Below are positions 19,070 through 30,415 of a stretch of DNA of 64,000 nt, one piece after another; within the stretch, counting starts at the first letter, position 1, and every line of letters starts with the position of its first letter. The DNA is taken from positions 124,001-188,000 of the IMG/VR virus record IMGVR_UViG_3300031951_021456, one strand, 5' to 3'. Below the pieces are notes generated by a model. That model was not told the DNA's origin, did not search any database, and saw only the letters and a program-made list of their open reading frames with translations. A program made the translations under genes and the position numbers.

Positions 19070-22000
19070 ATGCCACAGGAAACAAATCTTAATATTACTC
19101 CATATAATGATGATTATAGTCAGGCTAATGCTTACTATAAAATTTTATTTAAGCCAAATCCTGTTCAGGCGAGAGAATTAAATAATCTCCAATCAATTTT
19201 ACAAAATCAAATTGAGCAATTTGGAAATCATATTTTTAAAGAAGGTTCGGTTGTAATACCTGGAAATTTAGATTATGATGATGACTTAAGTGCAGTTGAG
19301 CTTCAAAATACATACAATGGCATTTCAATTATATCATATTTACAACTATTAGAAGGTAAGACACTTAAAGGTAAAAATAGTGGGGTTACAGCTACTGTTG
19401 TTTTAGTTCAAACCCAGAATGAATCAATACGTGGTAATAGCACAATTTATGTAAAATATATAAACTCTAGTATGGAAACTGGAGTAAGTTCTTTATTTGC
19501 AGATGGTGAAGAGTTAATTGTTGAAGAATCTGCAGTTAATACATTATCCACTGGAGAAACTGTAATTTTTACATCTGGTCAAACTGTAGCTGCAACTATT
19601 TCTAGTAACTGTAACTCTATTGCTAGTTCTATTACAGTTTTTGATGGTATCTATTTCGTTAGGGGAACTTTTGTAAACGTTTTCAAACATACAATAATTC
19701 TTGACCAATATTCAAATAAAGCTTCATTTAGAGTTGGATTTAACATAAATGAAAAAATTATAACTGCATATGATGATCCAGGACTATTTGATAATTCTTC
19801 TGGGTTTTCCAATTATACTGCTCCTGGAGCAGACAGATTTTCATTTGAATTGATTTTAGCTAAGTATGATCTGAATGAAGAGAAACCTAGCAATTTTGTG
19901 CAACTCCTAGAAATTCAAAAAGGTGTTTTAATTTCTAATCAAAATATTCCAGAATATAACACATTAGCCAAAGAGCTTGCAAGAAGAACCTTCAATGAGT
20001 CTGGAAATTATTATGTAAATTCTCCAACAATTTCAATTAACAATTCATTAAATGATCTGTTGGGTAATAATGGAATTTATGATTTAGGTGAATTTACATA
20101 TGATGGAAATACACCATCGGATGATTTAGGAATCTATAAAATTTCTCCAATAAGTGCATTCGTTCAGGGTTATGAAATTAATACTGGAGTTAAACTCATT
20201 GATTTCCAAAAACCTAGAACTAAAAAATATCTTGAAAACCAAGAAGTTAATTATTATACCGGACCAACTTTAACTCTTAATAGAGTATATGGGTCTCCTT
20301 TTGTGGGAATTTCAACAAACTATACTTTAAGTCTGAGAGATACTAGAGTTGGAGTTTCACAAATTATTGCTCCTGGTAAAGAGATTGGATTGGCTAGGGT
20401 TTATGATTTTGCATTAGAATCTGGCTCATATTCTAATACTAATGCTAATATAAATGAGTGGGATATTTCTCTTTTTGATATTCAAACTTATACAGAGATT
20501 GCCTTAAATCAAAATCTCAATAATGATTTACTCTACAATATTCCATGTAAAATTGAAGGTTCTTCAAGTGGAGCTAGTGGATTTATTCGCTATGATTCAA
20601 GAAATATTGGTATTTTAACAGCCTATGATATTAATGGTTCATTTATTGTTGGTGAAAGATTAAAATTTAATGGTATTGAAAACTCAAGAGTTTCTATAGC
20701 TGTAACTTCATATTCTCTGGATGATGTAAAAGCTGTTTATGGTATTGTTGGAACTGCTTTTACATTTACGGCTGATGTTAAACAAGTTCCCAAAAAAACT
20801 ATAGGGCAAGTCAATATTACTCAATCTACTGGAATTTCAACAGTAACTAATTCTACTAGCATTTTTACTGATAATGCAAAACTTGGGAATCTAGTTTCTT
20901 TTACAACACCTGGAATTTCTACTGTAAACTATGCAACTATTACTGGGATTTCCCCCAATTCTCTTACAATTTCTGGTGTTACTACTGTTATTGGAATTTG
21001 TGAAGGAAAACTTCCAAATTTAACAATAAATCCTACTGATTTTGCTATTTTAGCAGCATCTAGTAGTCGCTCTCAGGATAATACTTTATATACTAAATTA
21101 CCCAAAGATAAGGTGAGTGATGTAAATCTAACAAATTCTAATATCACTATAAGAAAACAATTTGATGTTGTAATTTCTGCAAATTCAATTGGGCCAATTA
21201 ATTCTGAAAATGATGAAACATTTTTACCATTTGATGAAGAGCGATATGCACTAATTAGGGAAGATGGTAATACAGAAGCACTATCCACAGATAAATTTGT
21301 CTACACAAATGGTTCAAAATCTTTAACAATTAATGGGTTGGGAACATCAACAAAAGCAAAGCTAATAGCGTCTCTTAGAAAGATAAATGTAAGAGAAAAG
21401 GTAAAATATAAAAATAGAATTCAGACCATAATTATTGACAAATCTAGCTACAGTAGTTCTGGAATAGGAACTACAACTATTAACGATGGTCTAATATATG
21501 GAAACTATCCTTATGGGACTAGAGTTCAAGATGTTGAATTATGTCTTTTATCACCAGATGTGACAAAAATTTATGGTATTTTTGAGTCTTCAACTATAAA
21601 TTCAGCAAGTCTTCCATCTCTTAATTTATCATCAATGAGTGGTCCAACAAATAAAGTTGATGATCTCCTCATTGGTGAAAGAATTATAGGAAATACATCA
21701 GAATGCGTTGCAATATACACTAAAAAAAGTAATGATTTAGAGATTAACATTACATTTTTAAATTCCTCGCGTTTTCTTATTGGTGAGATAGTTACATTTC
21801 AAGAATCTGGTATAACAGCAAAAATTAATGCAATTTCCTTAGGTGACCGAGACATTACAACACATTATTCATTTGAGACAAATCAAAAATCTACAATATA
21901 TGATTATAGTAAACTAATAAGAAAGCCAGATAAAAAGGAGCCAACTAGAAAATTGACTGTAGTATATGAATCTGCATCGTTTTTAACTTCAGATGTTGGT

Positions 22001-24031
22001 GACATTATTACAATAAATTCATATAATAATTTTGATTATTGTGAATTGCCAAATGTAGATGGCATAAGTGTTTCGGATATTATTGATATTAGACCAAGAG
22101 TTTCAAATTTCACTCCCGTTGAAAATTCTAGATCTCCATTTGAATTTCTCGGTAGAAGTTTTTCATTAGATTACTTAAATCCCAAAAATATTTTAGCTTC
22201 TGATGAGTCTCTAAATTTAGGATATTCATTTTATTTACCTAGAATTGATAAATTATTTTTAACTTCAGAAGGAAATATTGAATTAATTTCAGGATATCCT
22301 AGTGAAACTCCACTATCGCCACAGTCTTTAGAAAATTCTATTGAAATTGCTACAATTAAATTACCTGCATATTTGTGTAATACATTAGATGGTCAAATTG
22401 ATCTTAAAATGTATAAGCGCTATCGGATGGAGGATATTAAAATTCTTGAAGATAGAATTTCTAACTTAGAATATTACACATCTTTGACCCTTCTTGAATC
22501 CGATACATCTAAATTATTCATCCCTGATAGTTTTGGTAATAATAGATTTAAGTCTGGGTTTTTCGTGGATAACTTTTCTACTACAATACCACAAAATAAA
22601 TTAGCTATTTTTAAAAATAGCATTGATATAACTGAAGGGGAGCTTCGCCCAACACCATTTACAACACACTTAGATTTAATTATAGCGACAAAATCAATTA
22701 TTGGCGTAGGAACTATTGCAGAAACAAATATTGATTTGCGTTTTAATGATGATTTATTGGGAACCAATGTTAAAAAAACTGGTAATCTTATTACATTAGA
22801 TTATGATCAAGTTGTTGAAATAACTCAACCATATTCAACTAGGGTTGAAAGTGTCTCTTCTTATAGAAGTAATATTTTTAGTGGGTCTCTCACGCTATAT
22901 CCATCAACAGATGTTTGGGCAGATCAAGTAAAGGTTTCAACGAATTATGTTGCAGCTAAAACTTTAGTAGCAACCCCCGAACAATTAGCAATAGCTCAGG
23001 CAAATTCGCAAAATGGTATGAATCCAGTCTTATGGGATCATGTTTCAAAAATTTGGACCGAAGGAAACACATTAATTAGTAGTCAAATTATTAATTATAT
23101 TCGTTCAAGAAATATTGAATTTGTTGGCAAAAGATTGAAACCATTTACGAAATTTTATGTATTTTTTGACAATAGGTCATTAGAAAAGTATATAATCCCC
23201 AAACTTATTGAAATTCAAATGGTATCTGGAACTTTCCAAGTTGGCGAGACTGTTATTGGCACAAATACATTAACAGGAGCGGCAATTAAATTTAGGACTG
23301 CCTCTAGCAATCACAAATATGGCCCCTATAATTCCCCAGAAACTATTTTTTCTATTAATCCATATTCACCTACAAATAACATTGCAGCCAATTATTCATC
23401 AACCTCCACTATTTTAAATGTTGATACTTTCAGTTTATCTAATATAGTTCAAAGTAGCTTTTCGGGTTATATTGATAGTGGTATGAGATTAAAGGGGCAA
23501 ACATCAAATGCAGAAGCAATCATTAAATCCGATATTAAACTGATAACAGATAATGTTGGGGATATTATTGGTTCTATTTTCATACCCAATGGTACTCCTA
23601 GTTTTGAGACTGGAAGCAAATTAGTTAAAATAACAAATAATTCAACTAACTCTACAGTAATTGGAGATGCAATTTCCTTTGCTGAAACTAATTTTATATC
23701 TTCTGGTAGTCTTAACAAATATCAGGAAAATATTGTTGGAACGGATCCACGGTCAGTTGTAACTCCAACTACACCAAATATAAGACCAGCTCCACCCACA
23801 GGAAGTCCACAAGTTCAAGTACAAAAGCCATGGCAAGATGGAGATATCTCAGTTAGGGGGAGTAATGTTTCAGATGACGAAGGAAATCGTTTAGTCAATA
23901 GCATAAATCAAAAGAATGATACTTCTTTCTCATTATCACAATTAAAAAGCGCTGCAGGTATAAATCAATTAAATAAAGTATCTGAGCTTAATAGAATAAA
24001 TGAAGCTGCAAGACGCTTAGCAGGAAGATAA
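19070..24031 (+). CDS. VrlC/DUF4815-like large virion structural protein, N-terminal part
   Basis: MPQETNLNITPYNDD, VQARELNNLQSILQNQIEQFG, YTAPGADR, RFKSGFFVDNF, YIRSRNIEF motifs. Confidence 0.8.
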   Translation: MPQETNLNITPYNDDYSQANAYYKILFKPNPVQARELNNLQSILQNQIEQFGNHIFKEGSVVIPGNLDYDDDLSAVELQNTYNGISIISYLQLLEGKTLKGKNSGVTATVVLVQTQNESIRGNSTIYVKYINSSMETGVSSLFADGEELIVEESAVNTLSTGETVIFTSGQTVAATISSNCNSIASSITVFDGIYFVRGTFVNVFKHTIILDQYSNKASFRVGFNINEKIITAYDDPGLFDNSSGFSNYTAPGADRFSFELILAKYDLNEEKPSNFVQLLEIQKGVLISNQNIPEYNTLAKELARRTFNESGNYYVNSPTISINNSLNDLLGNNGIYDLGEFTYDGNTPSDDLGIYKISPISAFVQGYEINTGVKLIDFQKPRTKKYLENQEVNYYTGPTLTLNRVYGSPFVGISTNYTLSLRDTRVGVSQIIAPGKEIGLARVYDFALESGSYSNTNANINEWDISLFDIQTYTEIALNQNLNNDLLYNIPCKIEGSSSGASGFIRYDSRNIGILTAYDINGSFIVGERLKFNGIENSRVSIAVTSYSLDDVKAVYGIVGTAFTFTADVKQVPKKTIGQVNITQSTGISTVTNSTSIFTDNAKLGNLVSFTTPGISTVNYATITGISPNSLTISGVTTVIGICEGKLPNLTINPTDFAILAASSSRSQDNTLYTKLPKDKVSDVNLTNSNITIRKQFDVVISANSIGPINSENDETFLPFDEERYALIREDGNTEALSTDKFVYTNGSKSLTINGLGTSTKAKLIASLRKINVREKVKYKNRIQTIIIDKSSYSSSGIGTTTINDGLIYGNYPYGTRVQDVELCLLSPDVTKIYGIFESSTINSASLPSLNLSSMSGPTNKVDDLLIGERIIGNTSECVAIYTKKSNDLEINITFLNSSRFLIGEIVTFQESGITAKINAISLGDRDITTHYSFETNQKSTIYDYSKLIRKPDKKEPTRKLTVVYESASFLTSDVGDIITINSYNNFDYCELPNVDGISVSDIIDIRPRVSNFTPVENSRSPFEFLGRSFSLDYLNPKNILASDESLNLGYSFYLPRIDKLFLTSEGNIELISGYPSETPLSPQSLENSIEIATIKLPAYLCNTLDGQIDLKMYKRYRMEDIKILEDRISNLEYYTSLTLLESDTSKLFIPDSFGNNRFKSGFFVDNFSTTIPQNKLAIFKNSIDITEGELRPTPFTTHLDLIIATKSIIGVGTIAETNIDLRFNDDLLGTNVKKTGNLITLDYDQVVEITQPYSTRVESVSSYRSNIFSGSLTLYPSTDVWADQVKVSTNYVAAKTLVATPEQLAIAQANSQNGMNPVLWDHVSKIWTEGNTLISSQIINYIRSRNIEFVGKRLKPFTKFYVFFDNRSLEKYIIPKLIEIQMVSGTFQVGETVIGTNTLTGAAIKFRTASSNHKYGPYNSPETIFSINPYSPTNNIAANYSSTSTILNVDTFSLSNIVQSSFSGYIDSGMRLKGQTSNAEAIIKSDIKLITDNVGDIIGSIFIPNGTPSFETGSKLVKITNNSTNSTVIGDAISFAETNFISSGSLNKYQENIVGTDPRSVVTPTTPNIRPAPPTGSPQVQVQKPWQDGDISVRGSNVSDDEGNRLVNSINQKNDTSFSLSQLKSAAGINQLNKVSELNRINEAARRLAGR

Positions 24032-24034
24032 ATA
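24028..24034 (+). promoter_or_regulatory. Late promoter box ATAAATA at the split of the VrlC-like gene
   Basis: Overlaps the stop of 19070..24031. Confidence 0.5.
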
Positions 24035-24055
24035 GTTTATCGCAGTAGTAAATAA

Positions 24056-26533
24056 ATGAAACTAGCAGATCCAATTGCACAAACATTTTATGTTCAGCCA
24101 GAAACTGGCTATTTTGCTACAGCAATTGATCTATTTTTTTACAGTAAAGATCCTACCCTTCCAGTAACTATACAATTAAGGCCAACAAAATATAGTCAAC
24201 CTTCAGATTTATTTTATCAATATTCTGAGGTAGTTTTATACCCTGATAAAATATCAACTTCAAATGATGGCTCTTTAGCAACTAGGGTTACTTTTGAATC
24301 ACCAATTTTTCTAGAAGGTGAAACATTCCATTGTATTTGTCTTTTATCAAATTCAGATCAATATAAAGTTCACATTTCTAGGCTAACTGAGATGGATCTA
24401 TCATCTAGTAGTACCAGTAGTGTTTTTGTAACTAAGCAACCACTTTCAGGATCATTTTTTAAATCTCAAAATGGTTCTCTTTGGACAGAAGTTCAAACCG
24501 ATGATTTAAAATTTACATTATATAGAGCGAATTTTAAATCAACTCAGGGTGATATTAATTTTTATAATGCTGAATTAGGCGAAGCAAATAATCAAATTGC
24601 TACTCTCAACCCAAATCCAATTGAAAATAGTTCTAGACAAATTAGAGTTGGATTTGCATCAACTCTAATTTCTCCAAGTTTAACTATAGGTAACATAATT
24701 ACTCAATCCAATTCTACTGGCACAGGAAATTTATTAGATTATAGTGGTTCTGCTAGTGGCAATTTAAACATAATTAATGCAGGAATTGGATATACCCCTC
24801 TAAGTGGAATTTTTACATTTTCAAATGTTCCACTAAAATCTATAAGCGGTTTTGGTAGAAATGCCACAGCAACCATCACAATTTCAAATGGTTCTGTAAT
24901 TTCATCTGGAACTACAATTAACTCTGGCGGAGTCGGATATAGTATTGGCGATGTAATAACCCCAGTCTCTTTAGGGTCTGCAAATTTAGGAACTGATATG
25001 TTATTATCGGTTCAAACTTTAACTGGAGTAAATGAACTTTTTATTGGAAATGTTCAAGGTGAGTTTGAGATTAATAACTCAAATAAAAATATTCTAGCTT
25101 CTGGAGCTGATCTCAATTTTAGCCCTTCAACTAAAGCATATCCAAATAGTATAACTGTTGAAGTAAGTGGAGATCATCTAATAGTTAATCATAAAAATCA
25201 TGGAATGCATTCTAATCAAAGTAATGTAAAACTTAGCAATGTTGTTAGTGATGTAAATACAACAAAACTATCTGCTTCTTATAGTAATACTTCAACTTTA
25301 AATATTATTCTACAAAATGTTTCAAGTTTCTCTACATTTGAAAACCTTACAGTTTCCCCAACAAATCCGGGTTATATATTAATTGGTTCTGAAATTATCT
25401 CATATAATGGTATTAGCGGTAATACTTTAAGTGGTATAACTCGTTCTATTGATCAAACTGTGGCATCATCTTACTCAGTTGATGAGCCAGTAATGAAATA
25501 TGAATTGAATGGAGTTTCTTTGCGTCGTATAAATAAAACCCATAATTTAAGTGATACAACTGAAGCTAATGCCATTGGATTAGATCATTATAAGATAAAG
25601 ATTGATTTTACTCAAGGTGGCAACATACAAGCTCTTCCACAAGGTATAACAAATAGAAGTCAAGGTTCACCTTTAGGTCAACTTTTCTTTAAAGAAACAG
25701 AATCAAATGGCGGAAATGCGGTAAAAGCAACACAAAATATACCCTTTGAAATAATCCGACCAATCATTGAAGCTAAAGTTTATCCAACCACAAAATTAAC
25801 TTCCCAAATTAGAACAACAACCGGTAAAAGTATAAGTGGAAATGAGATCTCATATCTTGATGGGGGGTTTACAGAAATTAACTTAACTGAAAACAATTAT
25901 TTTAATTCACCCAGAGTTGTTGCATCTAAAGTTAATGAAAATTTACATTTGAATAATTTTCCTGGAAATAAGTCTTTAACATTAAAAGTTCAATTCAATT
26001 CTTCTAGTTCATATATTTCTCCGACTGTAGATTTACAAAGAGTTTCTCTATCTTTTACATCCAATCGTGTCAATAATGTAGTTGAAAATTTTGAAACTGA
26101 TAGTAGAGTCGCAACAATTGAAAATGATCCTTCAGCTTTTATCTATGTTAGTGAACTAAATCAACTTGAACTTCCAGCAAATGGTTTGAAAGTTTATATA
26201 ACTGCTCATATTAATATTTTTAGTGAGGTAAGATGCCTGTATTCAATTTCAAATAATCCAAATGATCCGTTAAATTATTACCCCTTTCCTGGTTATAATA
26301 ATATCAACAACGACTCATCAAAGAACAATGGCCTATATGATTTAAATCTCCTGAAGGCTGATAAGGTTGGCTTTAAACCAAATGAAATTTCATATAAAGA
26401 ATATACATTTACTGCAAATTCATTAGCCCCATTTAGATATTATAGTATTAAGCTTGTGGGAACTTCAACAAATCAAGCATATCCACCGAGAGTTGATGAT
26501 TTAAGGGTCATTGCATTAGCCGGAGAAAGCTAA
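24056..26533 (+). CDS. VrlC/DUF4815-like structural protein, C-terminal part
   Basis: Starts DPIAQTFYV; GSFFKSQNGSLW, DDLKFTLYRANF and PRVDDLRVIALA motifs. Confidence 0.8.
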   Translation: MKLADPIAQTFYVQPETGYFATAIDLFFYSKDPTLPVTIQLRPTKYSQPSDLFYQYSEVVLYPDKISTSNDGSLATRVTFESPIFLEGETFHCICLLSNSDQYKVHISRLTEMDLSSSSTSSVFVTKQPLSGSFFKSQNGSLWTEVQTDDLKFTLYRANFKSTQGDINFYNAELGEANNQIATLNPNPIENSSRQIRVGFASTLISPSLTIGNIITQSNSTGTGNLLDYSGSASGNLNIINAGIGYTPLSGIFTFSNVPLKSISGFGRNATATITISNGSVISSGTTINSGGVGYSIGDVITPVSLGSANLGTDMLLSVQTLTGVNELFIGNVQGEFEINNSNKNILASGADLNFSPSTKAYPNSITVEVSGDHLIVNHKNHGMHSNQSNVKLSNVVSDVNTTKLSASYSNTSTLNIILQNVSSFSTFENLTVSPTNPGYILIGSEIISYNGISGNTLSGITRSIDQTVASSYSVDEPVMKYELNGVSLRRINKTHNLSDTTEANAIGLDHYKIKIDFTQGGNIQALPQGITNRSQGSPLGQLFFKETESNGGNAVKATQNIPFEIIRPIIEAKVYPTTKLTSQIRTTTGKSISGNEISYLDGGFTEINLTENNYFNSPRVVASKVNENLHLNNFPGNKSLTLKVQFNSSSSYISPTVDLQRVSLSFTSNRVNNVVENFETDSRVATIENDPSAFIYVSELNQLELPANGLKVYITAHINIFSEVRCLYSISNNPNDPLNYYPFPGYNNINNDSSKNNGLYDLNLLKADKVGFKPNEISYKEYTFTANSLAPFRYYSIKLVGTSTNQAYPPRVDDLRVIALAGES

Positions 26534-26534
26534 A

Positions 26535-26768
26535 ATGACATTCACTAAAATTGATGGCCATCCAGATTTAGTTAGAAATGAAAGAACTAATTCAATTATT
26601 AATACTAATGAAGGTGAATACTCAAAATATTTGTATGCATCTAAAAATAAATTACAAGAAAAAACTAGAGTTGAAAATGTTGAACGTGAGTTAGATATTA
26701 TTAGAAATGAAATCAGTGAAGTTAAACATTTAATACAAAAACTTTTGAATTCTTGTTCACATAACTAA
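26535..26768 (+). CDS. Small hypothetical protein upstream of gp13
   Basis: KIDGHPDLVRNERTNSIIN plus coiled-coil C-terminus. Confidence 0.7.
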   Translation: MTFTKIDGHPDLVRNERTNSIINTNEGEYSKYLYASKNKLQEKTRVENVERELDIIRNEISEVKHLIQKLLNSCSHN

Positions 26769-26780
26769 TTATAAAATAAT

Positions 26781-27587
26781 ATGGCACAACCTTCTTCTAG
26801 ACAAGGACTTGTTGATTATTGTCTCCGCCAACTTGGAGCACCTGTAATTAATATCGCTATTGCGGATGAGCAAGTTGATGATTTAATTGATGATGCTCTT
26901 CAATTTTTCTATGAAAGGCATTTTGATGGAGTTATACAAACTTTCTTAAAATATCAAGTAACGCAAGAAGATGTAGATAGAGCTAAAGGTGGTGTTGGCT
27001 TTGCATCTACATCTATTGATGGTTACAATTTCACTGAAACTGCAAATTATATTAAAATTCCACCACACATTATTGGAGTCAATAAGATTTTTAATTTTTC
27101 TACTGGTAGTAATCTCTCTAGTGGAATGTTTAATATTAAATATCAGTTATTTTTAAATGATTTATATTATTGGGGATCTCTTGAATTATTATCATACACA
27201 ATGGTGCAAAGATATCTTGAAGACATTAACTGGATTCTAAATCCTGAAAAAGCAGTGAGATTTAATAAGAGAGGCGATAAACTCTATATTGATGTCAATT
27301 GGACTGATGTTCAAGTTGGTCAGTATTTAGTAATTGACTGTTATCGGGCGATGGATCCTTCAGAATCTACGAAAGTTTGGAATGATTCATTTGTTAAAAG
27401 ATATGCAACAGCTTTAATCAAGAGACAATGGGGCCAAAATCTTTTGAAATATCAAGGTATGAAATTGCCGGGTGGTGTTGAATTTAATGGTAGACAGATT
27501 TATGATGATGCTCAGAGAGAAATTGATATAATTATGGAAAGAATGTCATATGACTATGAAATGCCGGCATTTGATCTCATTGGCTGA
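26781..27587 (+). CDS. gp13: Neck protein gp13
   Basis: SRQGLVDYCLRQLGAPVINI, RYATALIKRQWGQNL, LPGGVEFNG. Confidence 0.93.
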   Translation: MAQPSSRQGLVDYCLRQLGAPVINIAIADEQVDDLIDDALQFFYERHFDGVIQTFLKYQVTQEDVDRAKGGVGFASTSIDGYNFTETANYIKIPPHIIGVNKIFNFSTGSNLSSGMFNIKYQLFLNDLYYWGSLELLSYTMVQRYLEDINWILNPEKAVRFNKRGDKLYIDVNWTDVQVGQYLVIDCYRAMDPSESTKVWNDSFVKRYATALIKRQWGQNLLKYQGMKLPGGVEFNGRQIYDDAQREIDIIMERMSYDYEMPAFDLIG

Positions 27588-28966
27588 TGTTAAATCCATT
27601 CTTTCATAATAATTCAAAAATAGAGCAAGGAATGCTCCAAGATATGATCAATGAATCTATTCAGATTTATGGTATTGATATCTATTATCTTCCTAGATTT
27701 TATCTAACAAAGAAAAAAATAATTAGAGAAGTAATTGAATCTGAATTTAAAAATGCCTATCCAATTGAAGCGTATGTTGAAACTTATGAAGGTTATGAAG
27801 GAGCAGGAACACTTTCAACGAAATTTGGTATTAGGGCAGTCACAGAAACCACTCTTACTATTTCTAGAGAAAGATTTGAAAACTATATTTCGCCACTCAT
27901 TAGAAATCTACCCAATGTTGAATTATCTACTCGTCCTAAAGAGGGAGATTTAATCTATTTTCCTCTTGGTGATAGAATTTTTGAGATAGAGTTTGTTGAA
28001 CATGAAGAACCATTCTACCAATTAGGAAAAACTTATACATATAAACTAAGCTGTAAACTATTCAGATATCAGAATGAAGTTATTGATACTGGAATTGTTG
28101 AAGTTGATGCGACAATTATTAATGAGGGGTTAATTCAAACATATGCTATGGTTGGTTCTGGGGCAACTGCATCTGCTACATCTAACATCGTTAATGGTGG
28201 CGTTTATTCTGTTGTTATGTTAGATAGGGGCTATGGATATACATCTACACCTATCGTTAGTTTTGGTTCAGCTCCAATTGGTGGTCAAACTGCAACTGGA
28301 ATTGCTACAATGATTAGTGGTATCACTGATCTTTGTGGTCCAGATCCTGATAAATTAAGAGTGCAAGCAGTCAATATTGTAAATTCTGGATTTGGCTATA
28401 CTGTTTCTCCATCAGTGGCATTTACCGGCGGAAATGGCTCAGGTGCTGAAGCAATGGCATTTATAGGTGATGGTGTTGTTGGAAGGGTTAATATTATTAA
28501 TGGTGGAAGTGGTTATGTTGGTGTTGTAACAGTTTCTTTTGTTGGAATATCATCTGTTCAAGCTCAAGGTCTAGCAATTATTGAAAATGGCACAATTACT
28601 CAAGTTAGACTAACCAATAGTGGTTATGGATATACAGTAGCACCTTCTATAGTTTTTTCGGATCCGGTATTTGTTGGTGTAGGAACATACCAGTTCAATG
28701 AAGTAGTTGTAGGTTCAGCAACAAGTTTTACAGCTAGAGTAAGAGCTTGGGATTCTCAGTCTAAGACTCTTCAACTCTCAAATCCAACTGGAATTTTTAC
28801 AAGGGGCGAATTAATTACTGGACAAATAAGCGGTGCTTCATATAAAGTAGAAACTCCTAGCAATAGCACTACACTATCAGATGCCTTTGCTGACAATTAT
28901 AATATACAAGAAGAAGCAGCCAAAATTATAGATTTTTCAGAATCTAATCCATTCGGTAAATTTTAA
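27587..28966 (+). CDS. gp14: Neck protein gp14
   Basis: INESIQIYGIDIYYLPR, RPKEGDLIYFPL, EHEEPFYQLGK, IDFSESNPFG. Confidence 0.92.
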   Translation: MLNPFFHNNSKIEQGMLQDMINESIQIYGIDIYYLPRFYLTKKKIIREVIESEFKNAYPIEAYVETYEGYEGAGTLSTKFGIRAVTETTLTISRERFENYISPLIRNLPNVELSTRPKEGDLIYFPLGDRIFEIEFVEHEEPFYQLGKTYTYKLSCKLFRYQNEVIDTGIVEVDATIINEGLIQTYAMVGSGATASATSNIVNGGVYSVVMLDRGYGYTSTPIVSFGSAPIGGQTATGIATMISGITDLCGPDPDKLRVQAVNIVNSGFGYTVSPSVAFTGGNGSGAEAMAFIGDGVVGRVNIINGGSGYVGVVTVSFVGISSVQAQGLAIIENGTITQVRLTNSGYGYTVAPSIVFSDPVFVGVGTYQFNEVVVGSATSFTARVRAWDSQSKTLQLSNPTGIFTRGELITGQISGASYKVETPSNSTTLSDAFADNYNIQEEAAKIIDFSESNPFGKF

Positions 28967-28969
28967 GTC

Positions 28970-29974
28970 ATGTTTGAATATTTTTACAACGAAACTATAC
29001 GCAAAACTGTCATCATATTTGGTAATTTGTTTAAAAACATTGAGATCAGACAGACCAATAACAATAATGAAGTATTTTTTAGTGGAACAGTACCAATTGC
29101 ATATGGTCCAACTCAAGAATTTCTTGCACGTTTACGCGATGTTCCAGATCTCAATAAACCCGTTGAAATAACATTACCTAGAATGTCATTTGAGTTTGTT
29201 GGAATTTCATATGATGGTCAAAGAAAACTACCAACAACTACTTCTTTTTGCTCTAAATCCGTTGATGGGAGCGGTCTGAGAAAAGCCTATATGCCAGCTC
29301 CTTATAATTTGAATTTTGAGCTTAGTGTTATGACCAAACACAATGATGATATGCTGCAAATTGTTGAGCAAATATTACCATATTTTCAACCAAATCTTAA
29401 AGTTAGTGCAATTGTATTAGATTCCATATCAGAGAAAAGAGACTTAGATATTGTTTTAGATAATATTTCAATGATTGATACTTATGAGGGGGATTTTAAA
29501 GATAGGAGAGCATTAATTTGGACTTTAAAATTTACGGTCAAAACTTACATCTTTGGGCCAGTTTCTTCACAATCTTTGGATTCTCAAATTATTAAGTCTG
29601 TCTCTATTGGTTTAGTTTCTGGAAATATTACCAATTCTCCTGATAGAAATTCATCAATTGAGAGCACCCCAAGAGCACTTAAAAATTATACTGGAATTGT
29701 TGAAACTATTTTAACTAAAGAAATTTCAAAAGAAGATGAAGATATTGAAGTCCAAAATGCTAATAATCTTATAGTTAATTCATACATAGATATAAATGAT
29801 GAGGAAATGCTGATTATATACAAGTCTGAAAATAAGCTTAGAGTAAAGCGTGGACAGGATGGTTCTGAAATTAAAATTCATACATCTGGTTCCGAAGTCA
29901 AAAAAATCTCCCCAAGTGATGGAGAACTTATCCCATATGGAGATGATTTTGGATTTTCTTATAGTATAGATTAA
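28970..29974 (+). CDS. gp15: Tail sheath stabiliser/completion protein gp15
   Basis: YFYNETIRKTVIIFG, ITLPRMSFE, QIVEQILPYFQP. Confidence 0.92.
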   Translation: MFEYFYNETIRKTVIIFGNLFKNIEIRQTNNNNEVFFSGTVPIAYGPTQEFLARLRDVPDLNKPVEITLPRMSFEFVGISYDGQRKLPTTTSFCSKSVDGSGLRKAYMPAPYNLNFELSVMTKHNDDMLQIVEQILPYFQPNLKVSAIVLDSISEKRDLDIVLDNISMIDTYEGDFKDRRALIWTLKFTVKTYIFGPVSSQSLDSQIIKSVSIGLVSGNITNSPDRNSSIESTPRALKNYTGIVETILTKEISKEDEDIEVQNANNLIVNSYIDINDEEMLIIYKSENKLRVKRGQDGSEIKIHTSGSEVKKISPSDGELIPYGDDFGFSYSID

Positions 29975-29983
29975 GGAGAATTT

Positions 29984-30415
29984 ATGGGAAGACCAAAAAA
30001 ATTTAGTAAACTCAATGAAACCTTTAATTTAGCTGAAGCCCCATCAATTGATGTTGAAGTTGTTCAAGAAGAAACCGTTGTAGTTGAAAAGTTTCATGAA
30101 GATATAGATAAGGATTATGTTTATTCAAGGGATAGCTATTACACGATCATTGAAAAGGGACAAGAAGCAATTTCAAATGCTTTAGATTTAGCGCAAGAGC
30201 TTGATACCGCTAGAGGCTATGAAGTTGTTGGCCACCTAATTAAGAGTGTTTCAGATGCTGCAGATAAGCTTATTGATTTACAGAAAAAAATGAAGGATAT
30301 TGGCGAAGAAAAAGTTAAAAAAGGTCCATCAAGTGTTACAAATAATGTTGTATTTAATGGAACTACAGCAGAGGCGCTTAAACTAATTAAACAGCAACTT
30401 AAAGGGGACTCATGA
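29984..30415 (+). CDS. gp16: Terminase small subunit gp16
   Basis: DYVYSR...IEKGQEAI...ARGYEVVGHLIK...LIDLQKKMK...VTNNVVFNGTTAE. Confidence 0.9.
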   Translation: MGRPKKFSKLNETFNLAEAPSIDVEVVQEETVVVEKFHEDIDKDYVYSRDSYYTIIEKGQEAISNALDLAQELDTARGYEVVGHLIKSVSDAADKLIDLQKKMKDIGEEKVKKGPSSVTNNVVFNGTTAEALKLIKQQLKGDS

